A DNA stretch of 64,000 bases from Chloroflexota bacterium (GTDB lineage Bacteria; Chloroflexota; Chloroflexia; QHBQ01; JADMIH01). Each line of letters opens with the position of its first letter. The stretch's first letter is position 1. Positions 46,345 to 56,896 of this stretch are shown here, piece after piece. The stretch is taken from contig JBDTQH010000024.1 of the NCBI GenBank assembly GCA_039932335.1, positions 5,959 to 69,958 on the forward strand. Reading direction: 5' to 3'. The notes under the pieces were generated by a model. The model made no database searches. It was not told where the DNA came from and saw only the letters and a program-made list of their open reading frames with translations. Both the position numbers and the translations under genes were made by a program.

Positions 46345-48420
46345 ATGGCTACCGCAGTTCTCGCTGTATACAATCTATCGAAATCGTTCAACATATACCC
46401 TATCTTCGAGGGTGTTAGTTTCACGGTGAACACGGGGGAGCGTGTCGCGCTTGTCGGCCCCAACGGTGTCGGCAAATCTACCCTGCTCAAGATTATCGCC
46501 GGGCAGGACACCGCGAACTCAGGCAGCATTGTGCGCGCCAAGGGCATCCGCCTGGTGTATCTGCCCCAGGAGGCTGCTTCGTCGTTCGCGTCAGAGGCTG
46601 ATCTATCTTTCTCGCCTCACGATACCCTCTACCACTCTATGTTAGACGCTCTAGGACCGGTGCGTGCCTTGCAAGACCGCCTGCGCGAGCTTGAGATAGC
46701 CATGGCGGACGTCCAGGGGCCAGAGTGGGACAACCTTCTCAAAGAGTACGAGGACGTCACCCACAGGTTCGAGATGGTGGGCGGCTACAGCTTCGAGCAC
46801 CGTATAGAGGAAGTGTTACAGGGCCTCGGCTTCAAAGAGGAGCAATTCGAGCAGACGCTCGACACCATGAGCGGCGGCCAGCGCACACGCGCCGCGCTTG
46901 CTCGCGCCCTCCTCGCTGACCCCGATCTCCTTCTACTCGATGAGCCCACCAACCACCTCGATATTGCCGCCATAGAATGGCTGGAGCAGTTTCTTGCCGG
47001 GTGGCGCGGCACCTTGCTCGTTATCGCCCACGACCGCCGCTTTCTCAACAAGGTAACCACCCGCACCCTGGATATGGAGTTCAGCAAGCCGGTCTCCGGC
47101 ATGGCTATTGCGAAGCGGGGCCGTGCTCCGCGTGAACTGGAGGCGCAGGAAGCCTTCAGCCGTCTGCAAGACTACCCTGCTCCCTACGAAAAATATCTCC
47201 AGCTAAAAGCCGAGCGCTACGAGCTACTGACCGCACAGTATGAGGCGCAGCAGGAGTTCATCGAGAAAACCGAAGAGTTCATCCGCCGCTTCAAGGCGGG
47301 CCAGCTAACCAAGCAGGCGATGGGCCGCCAGAAACGCCTATGGCGCATGGACCGCATGCAGCGTCCTACTGAGAAAGCCGAGTTGCGTCTCAGTCTCCGC
47401 TCGCACGTTCGGTCCGGCCAGAGCGTGTTTGAGGCCGAAGACCTTGAGATCGGCTACCCGGCACAGGATGGCACAGGCAAGCCGAAAGTGCTCGCTAACT
47501 GTCCTGACCTCGAAATCGAGCGCGGCGAGCGTGTTGCCCTCATCGGCCCCAACGGTATCGGCAAGACCACCCTCCTGAAAACCATGATGGGCAGCCTTGC
47601 TCCTATTTCCGGCCACCTCGAGCTGGGGCACAATGTCCGCTTCGGCTACTACGCCCAGGCCCATGAAGGGCTTGACGCGAACAACACGGTTATCGACGAG
47701 ATACGCTCCGTCCGCAACATGACCGAGGACGATGCTCGCGACCTGCTCGGTAAGATGCTCTTCTCGGGTGACAATGCCTACAAGCTGATAGGCGACCTGA
47801 GCGGTGGCGAGCGCAGCCGTGTCGCGCTAACCAAGCTGACCCTGACAGATGCTAACTTCCTCATCCTCGACGAGCCTACCAACCACCTCGATCTTGACGC
47901 CCAGGAGGCTCTTACCCAGGTGCTGCTAGCCTACGACGGCACAATCCTCTTCGTGTCGCACGACCGCGCCTTTATAGATGATCTGGCCACGCAGGTGTGG
48001 GCAATGGAACCCGGCACCCTTACTTCATGGGAAGGCAACTACAGCGAATACCTGGCCGAGCGTACTCGCCGCGAGGAAGCAGGCGTGCCCCTTCCCAACG
48101 GCACTAAGCCCACACATAGCGCTGCTCCACCTCCGAAAATGGATACAAAAGAGCAGAGCCGTGCAGCCCAGCGTCAGGACCGCGCCGCTGAGCGCGAGCG
48201 TGCCCGCTTGCTCAAGCGCCGCCAGGATGCGGAAGACAACATCTCGCAGATCGAAGCTCGCCTCAACACTGTATCCGATTCTCTAACTGCCGCTACCGAA
48301 GTGCGCGACCTCGAAGCCATAGTCAAGCTGGGTACAGAGTACGCACGCCTCGAAGAAGACCTCGACAAAGCTTACAGCACCTGGCAGCAGTTGGAGGACG
48401 AGGTGAATGCAGGGGCGTGA
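46345..48420 (+). CDS. ABC-F family ATPase (two tandem ABC domains, no TMD; translation factor-type) with a C-terminal coiled-coil extension
   Basis: Two Walker A sites (GPNGVGKST, GPNGIGKTT), two LSGGQ/LSGGE signatures, an inter-domain linker, and a C-terminal charged coiled-coil ~120 aa. Confidence 0.9.
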   Translation: MATAVLAVYNLSKSFNIYPIFEGVSFTVNTGERVALVGPNGVGKSTLLKIIAGQDTANSGSIVRAKGIRLVYLPQEAASSFASEADLSFSPHDTLYHSMLDALGPVRALQDRLRELEIAMADVQGPEWDNLLKEYEDVTHRFEMVGGYSFEHRIEEVLQGLGFKEEQFEQTLDTMSGGQRTRAALARALLADPDLLLLDEPTNHLDIAAIEWLEQFLAGWRGTLLVIAHDRRFLNKVTTRTLDMEFSKPVSGMAIAKRGRAPRELEAQEAFSRLQDYPAPYEKYLQLKAERYELLTAQYEAQQEFIEKTEEFIRRFKAGQLTKQAMGRQKRLWRMDRMQRPTEKAELRLSLRSHVRSGQSVFEAEDLEIGYPAQDGTGKPKVLANCPDLEIERGERVALIGPNGIGKTTLLKTMMGSLAPISGHLELGHNVRFGYYAQAHEGLDANNTVIDEIRSVRNMTEDDARDLLGKMLFSGDNAYKLIGDLSGGERSRVALTKLTLTDANFLILDEPTNHLDLDAQEALTQVLLAYDGTILFVSHDRAFIDDLATQVWAMEPGTLTSWEGNYSEYLAERTRREEAGVPLPNGTKPTHSAAPPPKMDTKEQSRAAQRQDRAAERERARLLKRRQDAEDNISQIEARLNTVSDSLTAATEVRDLEAIVKLGTEYARLEEDLDKAYSTWQQLEDEVNAGA

Positions 48421-48470
48421 AACGTAAAACGTAAAACGTAATTTACGATGCGTGAAGCGTGAACGGGTTA
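48414..48470. repeat. CGTGAAA/CGTAAAA heptamer array overlapping the ABC-F stop codon
   Basis: GGGGCGTGAAACGTAAAACGTAAAACGTAATTTACGATGCGTGAAGCGTGAACGG. Confidence 0.85.
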
Positions 48471-48545
48471 TCTGGGGAACAGTGTATGCGTTGACCTGAT
48501 GGTTTCGCGCTATACATGGTAAAATGTCGCCATGTCAACTTTGGG

Positions 48546-48568
48546 CTTTACGTTTCGTGTTTCACAGG
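48546..48568. repeat. Inverted copy of the CGTRAAA heptamer motif
   Basis: CTTTACGTTTCGTGTTTCACAGG is the reverse complement of CCTGTGAAACACGAAACGTAAAG. With 48414..48470 it forms a long-range inverted pair bracketing the coaE 5' region. Confidence 0.75.
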
Positions 48569-48577
48569 TTTCGCCTT

Positions 48578-49186
48578 ATGCCATATCACTCTAAAATACT
48601 CCTTGGCCTCACGGGCAATATAGCCTGTGGTAAGAGCACTGTCCTGCGGCAATTGCGCACGCTTGGCGCTACGGTCATAGACGCCGACGTGCTGATACAT
48701 GCCATCCTTCGTAAGGACGGCGCCGCCTACTGGCCCGTCGTGTCGGAGTTCGGCTCCGGCATATTGCGCGAAGATGGCGAAATCGACCGCCGCGCTCTCG
48801 GCGGTATCGTATTCTCCGACCCGGAAAGGCTGCACCGTCTCGAAGAGATAGAGCACCCCATCGTCCGGCAGGTGATCGACGACCAAATCGCTGAGGCTCC
48901 CAAGCCGGTGGTAGTGCTGGACGCCATCAAGCTTATTGAATCGGGCTGGGCCGACAAGTGCGACACTGTATGGGTTGTGACATGCACACGCGACCAGCAA
49001 TTGGACCGCTTGATGGCGATGCGTGGCTACTCACAGCAAGAGGCCGAAGCGCGCATCGACGCTCAATCGCCCCAGGAAGAGAAAGTGGCCCGCGCCGACG
49101 TCGTGATAGACAATTCCGGCACGCTCGAACAAGCACGGGGCCAGGTGCAAACCGCCTGGACCGACTTCGTTGGCGACGTTGAATAA
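48578..49186 (+). CDS. coaE: Dephospho-CoA kinase
   Basis: ILLGLTGNIACGKSTV P-loop and overall CoaE architecture. The ORF opens at 48524, but the conserved start is MPYHSKIL (48578). Confidence 0.9.
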   Translation: MPYHSKILLGLTGNIACGKSTVLRQLRTLGATVIDADVLIHAILRKDGAAYWPVVSEFGSGILREDGEIDRRALGGIVFSDPERLHRLEEIEHPIVRQVIDDQIAEAPKPVVVLDAIKLIESGWADKCDTVWVVTCTRDQQLDRLMAMRGYSQQEAEARIDAQSPQEEKVARADVVIDNSGTLEQARGQVQTAWTDFVGDVE

Positions 49187-49207
49187 TTTCTCCGTTCCGC
49201 ATTCAGT

Positions 49208-51382
49208 ATGAGGCTTGAGCTAACACAATCTGATGCACCTGTCCGGCGGCTATGGTCCGCATGGGGTTTTCTCTTGCGCCGCGTGCTCATGGAGCGCGCC
49301 CTCTGGCTCAGCCTCCTATTTGGCCTCGTGGTTCTCGTGCTTGCCTACCAGAGTCCTCGCTCGATCTTTGTTGACATCGGCGGGCCACTCGACGGCCCCC
49401 ACATTTCCGGCTTCCATGCGCCCGAAAACAACGCTGCGGGCGACGCCAACTTCAGGTGGAGCATGGGCAGGGGCACGCTGATCTTTCAGGGCATCGGTAA
49501 GCCCCTTTCGGCCTTTCCTGCCACTCTTCAGTTGAGCAGCGGCCGGACCGCAAGCGCGGAGCCTCTTGCGGTCAGTGTGGCTGTGAACGGCCATCCCGTG
49601 CAATCTCTCGCGCTCAAGCCCGAAAGCGCGCCCTACACCATCACAATAGATCCTGCCTGGCTCGACCTGTCGGGCGACGTACAAATTAGCTTCACCACCG
49701 CAACATTCCAATCGGGCAGCGACAAGCGTGACCTCGGCTTCTTGGCCGACTTCGCCCGCGTGGACCTGCCCACAGGCGCAACCCTCCCATCCATAGGCCA
49801 GCTTCTGGGCCTTTTGCTCTCTGCTTTACTCCTCTATTTCCTGCTGCGTGCTGTCTGGCTCCGCCATGTCGCGGCAGGCCTGCTTACGGGAGGCTTCTTG
49901 CTGCTCTGTGCCGCAGTTATTGCTGTTCAGCGGCTGCTGCTCACAATCTTCACTCAGCGTCTCCTGACAACTCTCTTGCTTGCTCTGCTGGTGATACTGC
50001 TAGCCGAGCCTCTGCTACGCCTGGTTACTCGCGCTGCCGGTTGGCGCGGCGACCGCGCTGTGCCCGAATGGGCCTGGACGGGTCTGCGCGGCCTGGTGGT
50101 GTTGTCGCTGATTCTGAAAGTGGGCGGCCTCCTCTATCCGCACACATTCATCATCGACGCGCCGTTCCACATCAAATATGTCACTTATATGCACGAAGGA
50201 CGCCCATTCGAGGAATACTTTGGCAAGAACCTCGCGCTGTCCGTCATGCCGCCCGATGAATGGGGCTCCGCGAAAGCCTTTATCCCCTACTCTCCATTCT
50301 TCTACGTGGTAGCCGCACCGCTGGCGGGCTTGCCGGTCCCTCTTGATCTATCCATCCCCACTGCCGCCGGGATATTCGAGGCACTGAGGGTGGCGCTGGT
50401 TTTCCTCATCGCGCTTGCGCTTGGCACTGCCCGGCGAAGCGAAGACCCCGACCGTGCCTCGCGAGTCGCCCTGGTCGCGGCAGGCATCTACTCGGCGGTG
50501 CCCGCTACCTTCCTGCTTCAGCAATTCGGCAACTGGCCCACTCAGACCTCGCTCTGGCTTCTAACGCTGTGGATTGCCGTCACCTGTCTATTCTGGCGCC
50601 GCGCCACTCGCCCTGCCGTGTGGATCGCGTCTACCGTGGCCCTCACATTGACCATGCTCTCCTACACCGTTACCGCTGTGTACGTGGGCATCTTTATCGG
50701 GTTACTGGTTGTGCTCGGCTGGCTGTTCGCACCCGATGAGCGTAAGAAGTGGTCGGCTCTGGCCCTTTCAGCCGTGGCGGCTATGGCCCTCAGCGTGCTG
50801 ATATACTACGGGCGCTATGTGGGTGACATCCTGGGCAGCACCCTTCCCACATTCGGCAATGCCATCGAAGAGCAAGGCAAGCTCACAACACTCCGCACGT
50901 CCTGGTACGATTTCTTCACAGGCCATCTTGCGCGCGCCATGCAATCCTATAAGCTGGATATAATCTACGCGCTGGGCCTGGCGGGCACGCTCTGGCTCTT
51001 TCTGGGCCGGGGGTGGCGTCACAGGCGCGGAGTGCGTGCAGCCCGTCAGAAGCCCGTATACGCACTCATAGCGCGCCCAACCTCCGATGCCGGTGCCGCG
51101 CCAATAGGCAGGTGGGCTGCGTGGCAGGCTGTGTGGCTCGGTTCCTGGCTGCTGCTATTCCCTCTCTTCACCTTCGCCGACTTCTGGGTAGACCAGGCGC
51201 TCAAGGAGTTCTGGATTGCCCTTCCAGCCGTCGCCATCGTGAGCGGCACATGGCTCCTGGCTTTGCGCGCCCGCGCCGCAAACTCCATGGCGCTGCGCAT
51301 CTTCCTCTACCTTATCCCCGCCACTCTCATCTGGCAAAGCATTTCGCTATGGGTGTTCCGCCTCTTCTTCCACAACCGTTAG
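49208..51382 (+). CDS. Large polytopic membrane protein (724 aa), possibly a GT-C-type glycosyltransferase, with an N-terminal extracytoplasmic beta-rich domain
   Basis: One N-terminal TM, a ~150-aa soluble domain (FRWSMGRGTLIFQG...), then >=11 TM helices. No confident family assignment. Confidence 0.45.
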   Translation: MRLELTQSDAPVRRLWSAWGFLLRRVLMERALWLSLLFGLVVLVLAYQSPRSIFVDIGGPLDGPHISGFHAPENNAAGDANFRWSMGRGTLIFQGIGKPLSAFPATLQLSSGRTASAEPLAVSVAVNGHPVQSLALKPESAPYTITIDPAWLDLSGDVQISFTTATFQSGSDKRDLGFLADFARVDLPTGATLPSIGQLLGLLLSALLLYFLLRAVWLRHVAAGLLTGGFLLLCAAVIAVQRLLLTIFTQRLLTTLLLALLVILLAEPLLRLVTRAAGWRGDRAVPEWAWTGLRGLVVLSLILKVGGLLYPHTFIIDAPFHIKYVTYMHEGRPFEEYFGKNLALSVMPPDEWGSAKAFIPYSPFFYVVAAPLAGLPVPLDLSIPTAAGIFEALRVALVFLIALALGTARRSEDPDRASRVALVAAGIYSAVPATFLLQQFGNWPTQTSLWLLTLWIAVTCLFWRRATRPAVWIASTVALTLTMLSYTVTAVYVGIFIGLLVVLGWLFAPDERKKWSALALSAVAAMALSVLIYYGRYVGDILGSTLPTFGNAIEEQGKLTTLRTSWYDFFTGHLARAMQSYKLDIIYALGLAGTLWLFLGRGWRHRRGVRAARQKPVYALIARPTSDAGAAPIGRWAAWQAVWLGSWLLLFPLFTFADFWVDQALKEFWIALPAVAIVSGTWLLALRARAANSMALRIFLYLIPATLIWQSISLWVFRLFFHNR

Positions 51383-51442
51383 CACTCACGGCTGGCTACC
51401 GCGCTTGCCGGGAAAGCGCCACTTCGTACCATAGTGTATGGG

Positions 51443-52345
51443 CTAACTGCCGTGGAAGAAATCAGCGATTTCTTTGCGAACCTCGTCCGGGGATTCGATA
51501 TAAGAGTAGTGCCCGCATTCTCTCAGTAAGGCAAAGCGGGCCCCTGGTATGGCGTCGACGATGTGGTTGGCACATTCTACGGGAATGAAATCATCTTCTC
51601 CATGAATGATGAGTGCCGGCATGTTAAGCTGTCTGAGGTCGGGCAAGAGATCGTATTCGCTCGACAGCCACGTTTCGCCCATCAGTCGTTGCTCTATTTC
51701 CCACGCCTTGAGAATGCCATCCTTTGTGAAGCTCGCTCTCAATGTGCCAACCACCTGTTCGAGATGCTCCGGTTGCCTGATGGCTCCCTTGAAATGAATT
51801 CGATAGTAGGCAGCAACCGTGTCAGGATCGCCCTCCCGATATCCTGTCGTGGCCGACATTGCTTGCAGCTTTTCTACATTGTCAGGCGTTCTCTTGCGGC
51901 GCTCCTGGCGGAATAGCAGGTAGTCGTCACGCGAAGCTGGAGCGGTATTCACCAGTATCAGGTGTGATACCCTGTCCGGGTGGCGGATGGCATATTCCAT
52001 CGCCAGAAGCCCGCCCCATGAGTGCCCTAGAAGCGCAACCTTGTCCAACCCGAAGTATTCCCTAAGGCGCTCTAGATCATCTATCTCCGATTGGATAGTA
52101 ACATCTTCGGGCTGCACGTTATCGGCAGATTTGCCGCGTCCTCTCTGGTCATAGTAGATGAGTTGATACGAATCAGACAAGCGATCCAGATCGGGGAGAA
52201 AATAGCTATGGTCGAAATCCGGCCCGCCATGTAGGACGATGACCGGCTGCCCCTGGCCCACTACACGGTAATATAACCCGGCGTTATCTACCGGGATATA
52301 GCCTTCACGCGGAGCAGGCCGGTTCCAGTTCGGATTTGAGCCCAT
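51443..52345 (-). CDS. Alpha/beta-hydrolase, prolyl aminopeptidase (S33, PIP)-like
   Basis: HGGPG-like oxyanion region VLHGGPDFDH. Nucleophile elbow GHSWGG. Catalytic His near the C-terminus (GHYSY). Confidence 0.8.
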   Translation of the reverse strand: MGSNPNWNRPAPREGYIPVDNAGLYYRVVGQGQPVIVLHGGPDFDHSYFLPDLDRLSDSYQLIYYDQRGRGKSADNVQPEDVTIQSEIDDLERLREYFGLDKVALLGHSWGGLLAMEYAIRHPDRVSHLILVNTAPASRDDYLLFRQERRKRTPDNVEKLQAMSATTGYREGDPDTVAAYYRIHFKGAIRQPEHLEQVVGTLRASFTKDGILKAWEIEQRLMGETWLSSEYDLLPDLRQLNMPALIIHGEDDFIPVECANHIVDAIPGARFALLRECGHYSYIESPDEVRKEIADFFHGS

Positions 52346-52411
52346 CGCACGATACCCAGTTAAGTGCCGTTAGACTAATTATCCCTATTCCAGCGGCGAG
52401 CCGGACAAGTC

Positions 52412-53602
52412 CTATACAGGCAACACGATCGCCACGGTCGTTCCTACACCCGACGCGCTCTCTATCGAAATGTGCCCGCCGTGGGCTTCCACAATAACCT
52501 TGCTGAGATACAGGCCAACACCAAGGCCGCCCGAACGCAGTGGCCCACCATGATAATTATGCTCGAAGACTTCGTTTAGCCTGCTTGCCGGTATCCCTGG
52601 ACCCTTGTCCTCTACCTTAATGATCACGTTCCCTTCAAACACATCCTCTCTGCAAGAGACATCAATTGTCTCATTCTGAGGCGAGTAGCGGACCGCGTTT
52701 GAGATCACATTGTTGAACACCTGCTCAAGCCGCTTATTATCCCCATGCAGCCAGAGTGGCTCGCTGCTGATCTTCAGATCTACTGTATGATTGGAACTGG
52801 CTTGCGCGACAGCCTGCCCGGCCGCCAGCCTCAAAAGGCCGGTCAACTCCACCTTGCCGCGTGTTATCGCGAACTCCCCCCTCTCAATACGCGACAGATC
52901 GACAAAGGTATCTATCAATCGATTGAGGCGTTGTGCCTGCGCCCACAGCACATCTAGCTGCTCCATGAGGCGTTGGTCTGCATGGCCCGACGAGCTTATC
53001 CGCTTGCGTATCAACTGGGTAAAGCCCATGATCGACGTCAGGGGCGTGCGTAGCTCATGGCTGAGCACGCTGAAAAGCTGGATCTTGGAGGAAACGTCGC
53101 CATCACCTTCAGCGACTGCGGCTCGGGCCACCACCGACGAAGCAAGTGCAGCCAGCGTCTGCAACACCTGGCACTCCTCGTTGCTATAGACGTAGGGCGA
53201 GTCGTAGTACAGAACGAGCATTCCGAGCGGCTTGCCTTCGCTCACCAGCGGCGCCAGCATCAGCGTAGTGGCACCCATCAGAGTTGCCCACGCACCTATC
53301 TCCAGCGTAGGGGAATGCTTTTGCGCGTTGCCTATCAGCATTGGGTGCCCGGAGTTACCCATAAGCTCCTTTGCCCAATGGCTGGTTCCCGCCGCTTCCA
53401 ACTTACGCGCAACACTGGGCGCGACGCCGAAACCGCCCAGATGGCGGAAGGTGCCATCGCTGCCATGCAGGAAAACAGAGGCCATGTTGGTGTTAAAAAG
53501 GCCCGCTGCTGTGGAGGCTAGCTTTTCGATGATTGCACGCTCACCGCCTGCCTCTGCTGATAGGTCCGCGATCTCGGCAAGGCTCTTAATGTAATTCCTC
53601 AC
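52412..53602 (-). CDS. GAF-domain sensor histidine kinase (cytoplasmic, orphan)
   Basis: N-terminal GAF. H-box SHELRTPL. N, G1, G2 boxes in the HATPase_c domain (...GPGIPA..., GGLGVGL). No TM segments and no adjacent response regulator. Confidence 0.8.
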   Translation of the reverse strand: MRNYIKSLAEIADLSAEAGGERAIIEKLASTAAGLFNTNMASVFLHGSDGTFRHLGGFGVAPSVARKLEAAGTSHWAKELMGNSGHPMLIGNAQKHSPTLEIGAWATLMGATTLMLAPLVSEGKPLGMLVLYYDSPYVYSNEECQVLQTLAALASSVVARAAVAEGDGDVSSKIQLFSVLSHELRTPLTSIMGFTQLIRKRISSSGHADQRLMEQLDVLWAQAQRLNRLIDTFVDLSRIERGEFAITRGKVELTGLLRLAAGQAVAQASSNHTVDLKISSEPLWLHGDNKRLEQVFNNVISNAVRYSPQNETIDVSCREDVFEGNVIIKVEDKGPGIPASRLNEVFEHNYHGGPLRSGGLGVGLYLSKVIVEAHGGHISIESASGVGTTVAIVLPV

Positions 53603-53818
53603 AGTAACAGTCTCTCTTCCCGGGCTTGCTATTCCTTCCAGGTGCGTGCTTGCCCTTACCCTGTCCGGCCGCGTTAGGCGTCCGTTCTACAACAGATATA
53701 GCAAGAATTGAACCATTCGCTAGTCCTACTCCATTCTAACACCACCGTAGTATGCCTACCGGTTCTGCACATGGCTGCGTCCGCACGTGGGATGGCGGCA
53801 GTCCATTATAATATCCCT

Positions 53819-54898
53819 ATGAGAATTGATGAGTTTGACTACCAATTGCCTTCCGACCTGATCGCTCAGACCCCCGTCGAGCCGCGAGATAGCTCGCGGT
53901 TGCTGGTGCTTCACCGCTCCACCGGCGAGCTAGAGCACCGCCACTTCCACGACATCGTTGAGTATCTTCGGCCACGCGACCTGCTGGTTGCCAACGAAAG
54001 CCGTGTATTGCCCGCCCGTCTGCTCGGCCATAAAGTGCCCAGTGGTGGCAAAATAGAGGTATTGCTGCTCAGGCCGCTTCCACAGGCAGGCGAAGAGGGC
54101 GCTGAACCTGCTGTGTGGGAGGCGTTGGTTAGTCCCGGTAGGCGTATCCACGACGGCACGACCCTCGGTTTCGGCGACCCGTCCTCAGGCCCCTATCTCC
54201 AGGCAGAAGTCGTTTCGCGCACGGAGCTTGGTGGACGTATCCTGCGCTTCGACACCCCGCCGCGCCCTCTGCTTGACGCCCTGGGCCAGATGCCTCTTCC
54301 ACCCTACATTCACGAAACCCTCGCCGATCCTGAGCGTTACCAGACCGTCTATGCGCGCACCGAAGGCTCAGCAGCCGCTCCCACTGCCGGTTTGCATTTC
54401 ACTCAGCCTCTCATCGCTGACCTTCGGAGCAGGGGCGTAGACTTCGCGACAGTGACCCTTCACGTAGGTTTGGACACTTTTCGGCCCGTGCACGAGGAAT
54501 ATGTTGAAGAGCACCCTATGCACAGCGAATGGTACAGCCTTCCGGCTTCCACCGCTTCAACGATAACAAATGCCCGCTCGGCGGGTGGGCGCGTTGTTGC
54601 TGTAGGCACCACCAGCGTCAGAGTGCTTGAGACCGTGGCCCGCTTGCAATCGCTCGATCTTGCCCACCGCGATACAGGGGTGCAGCCAGCCGAAGGTTGG
54701 TCGCAACTTTACATAACTCCAGGCGCATCGTTCGGCCTTGTTGATGCCATGGTTACCAACTTCCATCTGCCAAGAACTACTCTGTTGATGTTGGTTTCTG
54801 CTTTCGCGGGTAAAGACCTCATCCTGAAGGCCTACGCCGAAGCTATCAATCATAAATATCGCTTCTATAGCTTCGGTGATGCTATGCTCATTCTCTAG
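53819..54898 (+). CDS. queA: S-adenosylmethionine:tRNA ribosyltransferase-isomerase
   Basis: MRIDEFDYQLPSDLIAQTPVEPRDSSRLLV...HFT.. has QueA-wide similarity. The ORF opens at 53708; the conserved start is at 53819. Confidence 0.9.
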   Translation: MRIDEFDYQLPSDLIAQTPVEPRDSSRLLVLHRSTGELEHRHFHDIVEYLRPRDLLVANESRVLPARLLGHKVPSGGKIEVLLLRPLPQAGEEGAEPAVWEALVSPGRRIHDGTTLGFGDPSSGPYLQAEVVSRTELGGRILRFDTPPRPLLDALGQMPLPPYIHETLADPERYQTVYARTEGSAAAPTAGLHFTQPLIADLRSRGVDFATVTLHVGLDTFRPVHEEYVEEHPMHSEWYSLPASTASTITNARSAGGRVVAVGTTSVRVLETVARLQSLDLAHRDTGVQPAEGWSQLYITPGASFGLVDAMVTNFHLPRTTLLMLVSAFAGKDLILKAYAEAINHKYRFYSFGDAMLIL

Positions 54899-55111
54899 CC
54901 ATCCGTCTGCTCATACCCTGGGGAGGCGCGCAGGCACGGTGTCCGCGCTGGGCATAGGCGGTGGCACTCCGTAATTCTGGTCCTTAGCCGGCGCGGTCGG
55001 CGGACTGCCGTCAGCGGTCAATGTACTCACCCCTGCCTCCACTTAGACATATGTCTTTTTTCGAGGTTTCGTGTAAACTATGGTAAACCCTAAACAAGGA
55101 GTACCTGCTAC

Positions 55112-56794
55112 ATGCCGCAGATCGACTTTTCTCGATATTATAAGTACGACGAAATCCGCGATTTCCTCAACGCAACCGCCGAGGAGTTCCCTAACCTGGT
55201 TTCGCTCTCTTCTATCGGCAAATCGCATGAGGGGCGTGATATTATGCTCGCTACCCTTACCAATAAAGAGACCGGCTCCGATACCGACAAGCCTGCCTAC
55301 TGGATCGACGCCAATATCCACGCCGGCGAGGTCACAGGCTCTGCCGTGGCGCTCTACACTATCTGGAGCTACACCTCTAACTACGGCAAAGACGAGCGCG
55401 TCACCCGCCTTCTCGATGATTACACCGTATACGTAGTTCCTCGTATCTCCGTGGATGGCTCGGAGATGTACCTGACGACGCCCCATATCCTGCGGTCGTC
55501 CACCAAACGCTATCCGTTCGAGGAGGATCGCGAGGGCCTCTATCCTGACGATATAGACGGCGACGGCAAGATCCTCCAGATGCGCATCAAGGACGTCAAC
55601 GGAGCCTGGAAGCCCGCCGAGAGCGATCCACGTATCCTCCGCAGGCGCGGCGTGGACGAGTTTGGCGGTGAATACTACAGCGTCATAACCGAGGGTATTA
55701 TGAACGACTGGGACGGCCACGAAATAAAGATGGCTCCCAACCGCCATGGCCTCGACCTCAACCGCAACTTCCCCTACGATTGGGCTCCTGAAGGCAACCA
55801 GATGGGCGCGGGCGACTTCCCCTTCTCCGAACCTGAGACGCGCGCCATCGCCCAGTTCTGGTCGTCTCACCGCAACATCAACGGCTTTGTCGCCTACCAC
55901 ACCTACTCTGGCGTCCTGCTCCGGCCCTATTCCACCCACCCTGATACCCACTTCGCCACACATGACCTGGAGGTCTTCAAGATCATTGGCGAGCGCGGCA
56001 CCGAGCTAACAGGCTATCCGTGCGTTTCAGTGTTCCACAACTTCGCGTATGACCCCAAAGAGCCGATGCATGGGGCCATGGACGATTACGCCTTCGACTT
56101 TTATGGCTGGTATGGCTTCACAGCTGAACTATGGGACGCTCCCACGGCAGCCGGTATCGACATGAAGAACGATTGGATCGGCTGGACCAAGAGCCACCCC
56201 GAGGAGGACGACCTCCAGCTTATGAAGTGGAACGACGAGAAGACCGGCGGGCAGGCCTTCCACCCATGGCGCGAGTTCGACCACCCGCAGCTTGGTAAGG
56301 TAGAGATTGGCGGATGGGACTATAAAGGCTATCTGCAAAACGCTCCCGCCGACTACTTGCAGGAAATCTGCGAGAAGCAGTGTGCGTTTACCCTGGCCCA
56401 TGCGCTGATGTCGTCCCGCCTGGAGTTCACGAAGACCAACGTCGAGAAGCACGCCGACGGTGTCTACAAGATTACCGTAATCGTGGCAAATCGCGGGTTC
56501 CTTCCCACCTACACAAGCAAACGTGCCCAGGAGCGCAAGGTCGTCCGCCCCATCGAGGTAAACCTGCGCGTTCCCGCCGGGGGCACACTTGTGAGCGGCA
56601 AGACCGACCAGGAGATCGGCCATCTTGAGGGCCGCACCAACAAGATATATGGCGGCTGGTTCACCTCGCGGAATATCACCGATGACGAGAAGCGTTTAGA
56701 GTGGGTGGTAAGCGCCCCCTCTAGCGGTGAAGCCGAAATCACCGTGAAGAGCGACCGAGGCGGTACGATCAAAACCCGCCTGCCCCTCACCTAA
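55112..56794 (+). CDS. M14-family zinc carboxypeptidase (560 aa)
   Basis: Zinc ligand motif ...IDANIHAGEVTGSA... (HxxE). Downstream ...NRNFP... and a catalytic Glu region, consistent with Peptidase_M14. No signal peptide is apparent. Confidence 0.75.
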   Translation: MPQIDFSRYYKYDEIRDFLNATAEEFPNLVSLSSIGKSHEGRDIMLATLTNKETGSDTDKPAYWIDANIHAGEVTGSAVALYTIWSYTSNYGKDERVTRLLDDYTVYVVPRISVDGSEMYLTTPHILRSSTKRYPFEEDREGLYPDDIDGDGKILQMRIKDVNGAWKPAESDPRILRRRGVDEFGGEYYSVITEGIMNDWDGHEIKMAPNRHGLDLNRNFPYDWAPEGNQMGAGDFPFSEPETRAIAQFWSSHRNINGFVAYHTYSGVLLRPYSTHPDTHFATHDLEVFKIIGERGTELTGYPCVSVFHNFAYDPKEPMHGAMDDYAFDFYGWYGFTAELWDAPTAAGIDMKNDWIGWTKSHPEEDDLQLMKWNDEKTGGQAFHPWREFDHPQLGKVEIGGWDYKGYLQNAPADYLQEICEKQCAFTLAHALMSSRLEFTKTNVEKHADGVYKITVIVANRGFLPTYTSKRAQERKVVRPIEVNLRVPAGGTLVSGKTDQEIGHLEGRTNKIYGGWFTSRNITDDEKRLEWVVSAPSSGEAEITVKSDRGGTIKTRLPLT

Positions 56795-56833
56795 AGAGGC
56801 AGCCCTAAAGCTCGGCCAATAATATAGCCCAAT

Positions 56834-56890
56834 AAGAAACCCCTCTTCCACCTGAGTAGAAGAGGGGGTTTCTTATTTCACGTTTCACGC
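56834..56890. terminator. Bidirectional terminator hairpin (15-bp stem) followed by a CGTGAAA heptamer motif
   Basis: AAGAAACCCCTCTTC / GAAGAGGGGGTTTCTT with a 10-nt loop, then TATTTCACGTTTCACGC. It sits between the convergent M14 gene and the permease gene. Confidence 0.7.
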
Positions 56891-56896
56891 ACCGTC

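Noticed and set aside
55043-55963. 306-aa minus-strand ORF antisense to the M14 peptidase, and 61023..62147 / 62775..63299 antisense to the SBP gene
   Set aside because: These are shadow ORFs. The sense-strand genes have catalytic or SBP signatures. The antisense products are Val/Gly/Ala-rich noise.
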